Positions 47,337 to 52,997 of a stretch of DNA of 52,997 nucleotides are shown here, piece by piece. Both the position numbers and the translations under genes were made by a program. The stretch is from a virus (Duplodnaviria > Caudoviricetes), in IMG/VR virus record IMGVR_UViG_3300009506_000043, positions 1 through 52,997 of that record. One strand, given 5' to 3'. Under the pieces are notes generated by a model, which was given only the letters and a program-made list of their open reading frames with translations, did no database searches and was not told where the DNA came from. The stretch's first letter is position 1. Every line of letters begins with the position of its first letter.

Positions 47337-47436
47337 AGCCGGCCCTCAGGCGTTGAGAGAGGATTTTGATCTTTCGACGACTCCCCGGTCGGGCGTCGGT
47401 CGGCGTCGGCGGATCCCCGATTGGAATCCAATCCAC
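47203..47436 (-). CDS. Small protein with PT-x-A-x-PGS..KI..R..G..LWHPxD motif
   Basis: PTPTDARPGSRRKIKILSQRLRAGYDLWHPQD resembles a family I recall from planctomycetes; overlaps both neighbours. Confidence 0.45.
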   Translation of the reverse strand: MDWIPIGDPPTPTDARPGSRRKIKILSQRLRAGYDLWHPQDRTVLPDSTEARGSGERRIESLLRRSRVQRPSAARPE

Positions 47437-47671
47437 AAACCTTCTCAGGTTCCCGACTGCGAGAAAGTGCTCGATGCAGTTCCTCGGTTTGTTGTTCAGG
47501 CAGTTGTCGTCTAATGAGGACATCATGTGGAGCCCAGATAGATGAATGAACGCACTTTCCCCGCACCGATGAGACCATCACTTCGATGATGACCTCGGCA
47601 GGCATTGGGGGGACGATCAAGTAGAAGCACTCGCCCGTCTTGCGAGCAATCGTCAGCCGACCATGCGGCAC
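47333..47671 (-). CDS. csrA: CsrA/RsmA-like RNA-binding protein with C-terminal extension
   Basis: LTIARKTGE..IEVMVSSVRGKCVHSSIWAPHDVLIRR aligns with CsrA [36 protein letters not shown]. Confidence 0.7.
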   Translation of the reverse strand: MPHGRLTIARKTGECFYLIVPPMPAEVIIEVMVSSVRGKCVHSSIWAPHDVLIRRQLPEQQTEELHRALSRSREPEKVCGLDSNRGSADADRRPTGESSKDQNPLSTPEGRL

Positions 47672-47772
47672 TTCTCCTCCAATTGACGCCGTTCAAATCC
47701 ATCGGCAGAGGATACATCGAGAAGGCGAAGCACAGCAACTTGTCACATCGAAACAGGACCAAATCGATGTGT

Positions 47773-47808
47773 TGTCACTTCCTGTCACTTCCTGTCACTT
47801 CCTGTCAC
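47773..47808. repeat. 10-bp tandem repeat (TGTCACTTCC)x3.6
   Basis: Degenerate copies also at 48041-48067 and an inverted copy at ~48099-48109. Confidence 0.85.
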
Positions 47809-47967
47809 GTCGAAAAACGTGCGCTTATGACACGCGCACAAGAGGTGCGAAATGCTTCGCGCAGAGAAGGTGTGAATTTCCCGATGAAAACAGCACAGTC
47901 TCAATACGGGATTTTGAAAGTGGCAGGGGGTGCGCAGGCAGTGCTTCGGATAGTGCTTCGCCTGCAT

Positions 47968-47997
47968 AAAAAAACCCCTGTTTTTCAAGGGGTTTTT
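47968..47997. terminator. Bidirectional terminator-like hairpin
   Basis: AAAAAAACCCCTG-tttt-TCAAGGGGTTTTT. Confidence 0.55.
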
Positions 47998-48042
47998 CGT
48001 TCTGGCAGGGGCACCACAACCCCCTGCCGAGGGGCGATTTTG

Positions 48043-49266
48043 TCACTTCCTGGCACTTTCTGTCACTATTTCCTGGGAAATTCGGATTGACTTGCGGCCA
48101 GGAAGTGACTTTGGCACTCTATGCCGGCGCCGAGATGCTTCGCTTTTTACTTCGCCCTCTTCGACCGCCAGTCTCAAGTGCTCCTCCGTCACTTGCAGGT
48201 AGTGTTGCTCGGCGACGCGGCTGGAATGACCGATCCAACCGGCGACAACATGCGAGGGGAATCTATCATTTAATTCTGTCTCTCTGCTCGATCGCATGTT
48301 TTGAAAAAGCTTCGGCCAAGGTATAATACCACGACTCCGCAAAGCGCGCTTGACTCTGTGGTAAACCGTGGGCCCTGTCATCGTCGGATCGTCGATAATC
48401 TGACCCTTAGACTCATGTTGCCAGCGCCGACTCAAAACCTCCCTGACGTCGGGGAAGAGTGGAATCATCCGAATTCGGCAATGCGGGTGCCTGGCCGTCT
48501 TCTGGCAGGTCACACGAAGCGTCCCGCCTTCCCAGTCAATATCAGCCCAGTCGAGCGGGAGGACCTCAGAGGGCACCCTGAGGCCTCCAAAACGGGCCAG
48601 GACGGCGACCAAATACGAGTCGTCATCCAGATCGTCGGCCAGGCTGCGGATCGATTCCTGGGGTACCCAGACGCGCCTAGCGGCCAGATCCGGCTTCGGG
48701 GGCCGAATGCCGGCGAATGGATTGACTGGCAGCCACTGTTTGGCCACGGCCGCCGCGAAGAACTGGCCGGCCTGCCGAAACCGACTCTCCACTGTGGCAG
48801 TCGAAAGCGGCTCGCCCTTGACCGCACCATGCTGGCTGAGCCAAACCAAAAACTCTTGCGCGTCTCCCCGGCTGACCGATCCAATCAATCGATCCGGGCC
48901 GAAAAAAGTCAGGAGATTTCTCTTTACCTTAGCGTGAATTTTTTGGGTAGAGGAATTGACCTGGACAGTTCGGCTGGCGTAGTCAAGCAAGGCGGCCAGC
49001 GTGGCCTGTGGGGCTTCCTCAAGGACCCCAAGCCGGGCGAGACGTTGTGTCATTTGCGGACTCAGGCCTGTGACCCAGGCCCTGGTTTCAGGGTCAAGCG
49101 GCAGGCCGAGCCGCCTTGTGCTCAGAATCATGTCGATGCGCCTCGCGAGTTGCTGCGCTTGGCGCCTCGACGCAACGCCGAGTCGCAGAGTTTGCCGCGA
49201 CCCGTTGAGGTTCCGAAATTGAATCCACACATGGCCTTTCGGCCTCCTGACAACTGACGCCATCAT
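48043..49266 (-). CDS. int: Tyrosine integrase
   Basis: RFGGLRVPSE (R), KT (K), QNMRSS (HxxR variant), WIGHS, HY (Y); start MMASV after GGAGG. Confidence 0.92.
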   Translation of the reverse strand: MMASVVRRPKGHVWIQFRNLNGSRQTLRLGVASRRQAQQLARRIDMILSTRRLGLPLDPETRAWVTGLSPQMTQRLARLGVLEEAPQATLAALLDYASRTVQVNSSTQKIHAKVKRNLLTFFGPDRLIGSVSRGDAQEFLVWLSQHGAVKGEPLSTATVESRFRQAGQFFAAAVAKQWLPVNPFAGIRPPKPDLAARRVWVPQESIRSLADDLDDDSYLVAVLARFGGLRVPSEVLPLDWADIDWEGGTLRVTCQKTARHPHCRIRMIPLFPDVREVLSRRWQHESKGQIIDDPTMTGPTVYHRVKRALRSRGIIPWPKLFQNMRSSRETELNDRFPSHVVAGWIGHSSRVAEQHYLQVTEEHLRLAVEEGEVKSEASRRRHRVPKSLPGRKSIRISQEIVTESARK

Positions 49267-49552
49267 GCGCCTCCAGTGTTTTGAGATATCGTTCCACAGC
49301 GGATCGCCTGATCCGCACAATCCTCCCTCCGCAACTGACGGTAGGGAGTTCGCCCGCCTCGATTTTGCGCCGTAGAGTGCGCGATGAGACGTGCAACAAA
49401 TTGGCAGCCTCTGCGTAAGTCAGAAGTTGCGCTTGAGGGATGACCTGGACTGATTCCAGTGTCAATGACCCTTGGAGGACTTGGTCTGCGAGCCACAGAC
49501 CGATCACCTCGCCGAGAACTCGGCACGCCTCGACAATTTCGTCCCTTGACAT
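49094..49552 (-). CDS. xis: Excisionase-family HTH protein
   Basis: LLTYAEAANLLHVSSRTLRRKIEAGELP..GGRIVRIRRSAVERY; upstream of int. Confidence 0.8.
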   Translation of the reverse strand: MSRDEIVEACRVLGEVIGLWLADQVLQGSLTLESVQVIPQAQLLTYAEAANLLHVSSRTLRRKIEAGELPTVSCGGRIVRIRRSAVERYLKTLEAHDGVSCQEAERPCVDSISEPQRVAANSATRRCVEAPSAATREAHRHDSEHKAARPAA

Positions 49553-49650
49553 TAGGGGCCTCCTTAGTGGGATTGGTCTCCTCGGGTATCGTGGGTCCCA
49601 TCACGTCTTTAGATTAACGCCAGAACGGCGTCAGTAACGGGCATTTTTGG

Positions 49651-49680
49651 AATATACATAAATGCCCAGTCGCCTGTCAA
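49651..49680 (-). promoter_or_regulatory. Sigma70-like promoter for xis-int with overlapping inverted repeat
   Basis: TTGACA-18 nt-TATATT; GGGCATTT (49639-46) and AAATGCCC (49660-67) flank the -10 box. Confidence 0.6.
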
Positions 49681-50066
49681 GAAGACGGCAGATCACTTCC
49701 CTCAAATCTAGGTGCATTCGAGGAAGAATTCGTCAAAATAAGACCTAGGCGCTCCATCGTCCGCTCAATTCGCTCAAGAGTGGCCGCCTGATTCTCGATG
49801 AGTTTTCTGAGCTCATCCATGTTTTTGAGCAGACTCTCATTATTTTCCGCAAGTTTCTTGTTGAGGGCCGTGGACTGTTCGATGTATTTGATGGCATAGG
49901 TGCGAATGTCCCGCCACTCGTTACTCTCTTCACGCCACCGCTGGCCGGCGAAGCCAAGAAGGAGAAGTGTGAGCGCAGCCCAAGGGCCGGCACGAATCAC
50001 CTGACGCTTGAGTTCCAGTGTGAGCGATCCGTTATTATTATCACCCGCAGACTTGACGGCATTCAT
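49677..50066 (-). CDS. Single-TM coiled-coil protein (holin/spanin-like candidate)
   Basis: GPWAALTLLLLGFAG TM segment then heptad region; last gene of late operon. Confidence 0.45.
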   Translation of the reverse strand: MNAVKSAGDNNNGSLTLELKRQVIRAGPWAALTLLLLGFAGQRWREESNEWRDIRTYAIKYIEQSTALNKKLAENNESLLKNMDELRKLIENQAATLERIERTMERLGLILTNSSSNAPRFEGSDLPSS

Positions 50067-50089
50067 TGCGTCACCAACCCTTCATCTTC

Positions 50090-50563
50090 CTAACAAGCAA
50101 TTCGGAAATTGCCGCCATTCGCAGAATCAAGGAAGTCCAACTTGAAGTCGCTACCATTCGTTACCCGATCAGGCCCATCGATGTAACCGATCAATCGTGA
50201 TGTGGTGTCATCGGCCGTGCCCTCCTTGATCAGGACGGCGGCAACAACGGTATAGCCTGCTTGTAGGGAAATCCAAGTTAAATCTCCGATTGTGACTTCA
50301 ATTCGCGCAAGCGTGAAGTTCGGGGCCTTCGTAATCTCCGCAGTCTTTCTGCCCGAATTTCCCCATCCAGGAACATATCCTGTGCAACTCAGCTCAGCAT
50401 CGACAGGATCATTTGCCCCTTCCGCATCCACGACAAGATGCGCTTTACTTGGTGTATAGACTGTGGTGTTTGAGAGCAACATGATCTTCAACGTGTCATT
50501 GAAGAGGTCAATTGTGCCATCAAAGCAGTCTTCCAGGCCTTTAACATACCAATTTGTGGCCAT
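50090..50563 (-). CDS. Virion structural (tail-fibre-associated) protein
   Basis: G..IDL..DTLKIMLL..GY..LIGYID..TNGSDF pattern common in phage tail modules. Confidence 0.65.
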   Translation of the reverse strand: MATNWYVKGLEDCFDGTIDLFNDTLKIMLLSNTTVYTPSKAHLVVDAEGANDPVDAELSCTGYVPGWGNSGRKTAEITKAPNFTLARIEVTIGDLTWISLQAGYTVVAAVLIKEGTADDTTSRLIGYIDGPDRVTNGSDFKLDFLDSANGGNFRIAC

Positions 50564-50572
50564 GCTATTTCC

Positions 50573-52267
50573 TCACGATCTAATGCGCAACTGCCAGCAG
50601 GATTCCGGCGTAACGTATGAAAAATATCCAGTTGCGTATGCCGTACCTGCCTCAGCCTGCATCACAATTGGAACGAGCGTTTCACCTAACCGATGATCAA
50701 TCGCATAGTTTCCCACGATACGTTGATAAAATGGTTCAGCAACAAAGCAGTGATCCCCAATGATCAGACAACTGTAAGGGACGTTGTAAAGATTGATATC
50801 CACGCATGGTGATGTAGCTTCACCAGCATCAGCAAGAAAAGTGATAGTGCCGATTACAGCGGTGAATGCTACCGCATAGTCGCCAATAATCTTTTGATCG
50901 GTCAGTGGACCGGAAAAACAATGATCGCCAATAATTCGCTGGTTACTTTCGCCCGCAGGTGGGGCCGGCGTGGTCTTCCTAATGATAAATGCATCAAACC
51001 GCCAATCCGCTTCATTTACCCATGCGGGCAGTGATCGGTTAAAAGGCGCCGTAATTGTGCCAGAACTAACTATACCCGTGTCTACCGGAGTGCCCCAGCG
51101 ATCCAGGGGGTCCAGGAGTTCGTAATGATCCCCATCATCAAGCCATTCAGAGACATCGATATCGAAAGTGCTTTCCCCCTGGAACCCTACGGCACCAACA
51201 TGCGCGCGGAGGGGATCGTATTCATTGATATGAAAATGAACCAGCGGCGACGTCGGTATTGGGATGCCATCTTCCGGGTTCGCAGTAAAGTAGCCACTCC
51301 ATTCCGTTGTCCAATAGACATCATGCCACCAGAAGTTGTAATTAGCGTCTGGATAATGCGGCCAAGAAACAGGATCAAATACATTTGTGTTCATCCCGCC
51401 CCAAAGCACAACATTGTTTTCGACGCGCAAATCCTCGCCGCCAACCGTGTAGCCAAAAGCAATCGTCGAGCACGCTGCTAGGTTGCCTGTCCAATACAGA
51501 TGTTTATTGCTGGACGGATTTTGACCCCCGATTTGCAGATCCCCGCCCGGATTGCCTCGTTTCCACCAATGTATGTTGCCTTGGATATCAAAATTGTCCG
51601 TCTTGCCGGTCTTGCTGTAGACGTGAATGTCATAGTCCCAGGATTGGGCAAAGAAACAATGCCGAACATGCTTGAACTTGCCATCATCAGCATTGTTCTG
51701 CGTATAGATTCCATGACCCCGATACTTACCCGTGCCATACCATCCATTGTCATAGATCGAACAGCCGTAGACTTCCGCATCGTCATCTGCTGGGGCCCAT
51801 AGACCTATCCCATTACCGCAGGCGGCATGAATCGAACAGTTGATCAGCTTGTGGCCAGATCCTGAAATGATGTGGACGCCGCCGTCAGGGTAATCAATTT
51901 CCCCCTCGATACGGTCGTCGTTGATAGCTTCGGCTACAATGATCTCCAAATCGTAGATGCGGACATAAGTAGCCGGTGGCGGACCAATGTACGTGTTGAG
52001 GCCGCCGTCAACAATGACATGCGCCCCTTCGATCGGGCGGATATGGATCGGTGCAGCCTGGGTTCCGTAAAGGCGATATGTGTACCCGATGCTATCGACG
52101 GAACGGTCAGGATGAACATAAGTTCCGGCGGCAATCCAAATCGTGTCACCCGGCTGAACCGTCGAATACTTCGAGCCAAGTGCAGACAGAAGGTCCCACG
52201 GCAGTTCCTGTGTTCCAGGATTCTCCGAGTTACCGGTAAGCGAGACGTACCAATCGCCCATCGTCAC
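50573..52267 (-). CDS. Right-handed beta-helix (polysaccharide lyase-like) protein
   Basis: WYVSLTG..PGTQELPW..PGDTIWIAAGTY..PIHIRP..HGIY. Confidence 0.8.
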   Translation of the reverse strand: MTMGDWYVSLTGNSENPGTQELPWDLLSALGSKYSTVQPGDTIWIAAGTYVHPDRSVDSIGYTYRLYGTQAAPIHIRPIEGAHVIVDGGLNTYIGPPPATYVRIYDLEIIVAEAINDDRIEGEIDYPDGGVHIISGSGHKLINCSIHAACGNGIGLWAPADDDAEVYGCSIYDNGWYGTGKYRGHGIYTQNNADDGKFKHVRHCFFAQSWDYDIHVYSKTGKTDNFDIQGNIHWWKRGNPGGDLQIGGQNPSSNKHLYWTGNLAACSTIAFGYTVGGEDLRVENNVVLWGGMNTNVFDPVSWPHYPDANYNFWWHDVYWTTEWSGYFTANPEDGIPIPTSPLVHFHINEYDPLRAHVGAVGFQGESTFDIDVSEWLDDGDHYELLDPLDRWGTPVDTGIVSSGTITAPFNRSLPAWVNEADWRFDAFIIRKTTPAPPAGESNQRIIGDHCFSGPLTDQKIIGDYAVAFTAVIGTITFLADAGEATSPCVDINLYNVPYSCLIIGDHCFVAEPFYQRIVGNYAIDHRLGETLVPIVMQAEAGTAYATGYFSYVTPESCWQLRIRS

Positions 52268-52997
52268 GCCTCATCGACTAGGCTTACATCGGGACAAATC
52301 CACAAGTGAGTCGAAGGGACAGCGAGGCCAAAATCATAGAAAATCCAACCCGGTTCAGTGGGGTTAATTCCAGGAATCACCAGCTTGTATTTGGTGTAAG
52401 GCCCACCGGGCTCCGTCCAGGTAGATGAATCGGTCTTCAAGTAAGGCGATGTACCGGCTGCCTTGCCGTCGCCATAGGTCGCGAAAGTCGATAGCCATTC
52501 ACCATCGGCCGTGCCGGATTCGCTATTCCAGCGCACCCTGGCTCCAACTTCGTCATCGGTCAGCCCTGAGTCGTCAGAAAGTAGATAAATCGTCAGTTGC
52601 TTAGACCCAGTGGCATCATGCCATTTCGATAAGGTCTGGGGAAGCCAGCCGATATCCAGGCGATTTGCACTCGCATTTGTGTAGAGATCATAGGCCCAGC
52701 TGTTTTCGCCGTCTGATCCCGTGCGGTAGACACTTGTCTGCTGCTTCCCATGAGTAAGCCCGTAGGCAACAGAGTCATACAGGCCGAGGGGAGTCTTGGA
52801 GAGTGCGCCGACGGCGCAGAACTTGGCTCGGATGTGATCACCGCGCTTTATTGTGCCATTACAAAGCGCGTACCCACTTTTCAAAACGCATCGCACAAAC
52901 TCACATTGTATTATTGGAACCGTGGGGCAGTACATCAGGAGCGAAAACTTCGACAGGTCGCATTCCTCGACAGTCCCAACAATCGGATTTTGGTAGC
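52264..52997 (-). CDS. 3' half of the junction-spanning ~450-aa protein
   Basis: Frame is open through the window end; 677 + 676 nt = 451 codons. Confidence 0.85.
   Translation of the reverse strand, partial: YQNPIVGTVEECDLSKFSLLMYCPTVPIIQCEFVRCVLKSGYALCNGTIKRGDHIRAKFCAVGALSKTPLGLYDSVAYGLTHGKQQTSVYRTGSDGENSWAYDLYTNASANRLDIGWLPQTLSKWHDATGSKQLTIYLLSDDSGLTDDEVGARVRWNSESGTADGEWLSTFATYGDGKAAGTSPYLKTDSSTWTEPGGPYTKYKLVIPGINPTEPGWIFYDFGLAVPSTHLWICPDVSLVDEA
52940..52997. repeat. Terminal direct repeat, right copy
   Basis: Identical to 1-58. Confidence 0.97.

Larger units (their letters stand above)
47720..48160. other. Probable attP region
   Basis: Largely non-coding region at integrase 3' end with repeated CGAAGCA/TGCTTCG arm-like sites, 10-bp repeats and a central dyad. 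Confidence 0.55.

Noticed and set aside
47773-47808. TGTCACTTCC repeat as another pentamer guide array
   Set aside because: Alternate pentamers (TTCCT) break the R-W-B rule, units are invariant, and the context is attP
47995-48045. tRNA gene
   Set aside because: No cloverleaf or T-loop GTTCGA; at most a short att core
52940-52997. Biological terminal repeat (T7-like DTR)
   Set aside because: It falls inside a continuous CDS and is better explained as assembler overlap

Overview
The window looks like a complete, circularly assembled temperate phage genome of about 52.9 kb. Bases 1-58 are repeated at 52940-52997, and one gene reads in frame across that junction. Nearly all genes are on the minus strand. 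The virion module is podovirus-like: terminase, portal, scaffold, major capsid, adaptor, nozzle, ejection proteins including a 2593-aa multidomain protein, and three beta-helix spike-like proteins. It also carries a tyrosine integrase with excisionase and a probable attP, a CsrA homologue, a RecE-like nuclease with an annealing protein, an initiator with internal iterons, a RuvC-like resolvase, a papain-like protease, and a cluster of small early genes including DUF932. Several protein families suggest a Planctomycetota host (inference). The standout is 38.7-40.2 kb. A stand-alone Cas7/RAMP-like gene and a partner gene are each followed by a non-coding tract with strict 5-nt periodicity: a constrained triplet (mostly GAC/CAC/CAT) alternating with a variable dinucleotide. 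A short run of the same pattern lies in the RAMP gene's 5' leader. This looks like a non-CRISPR RNA-guided system with a gapped guide code. All annotations come from motifs read by eye; no searches were run.
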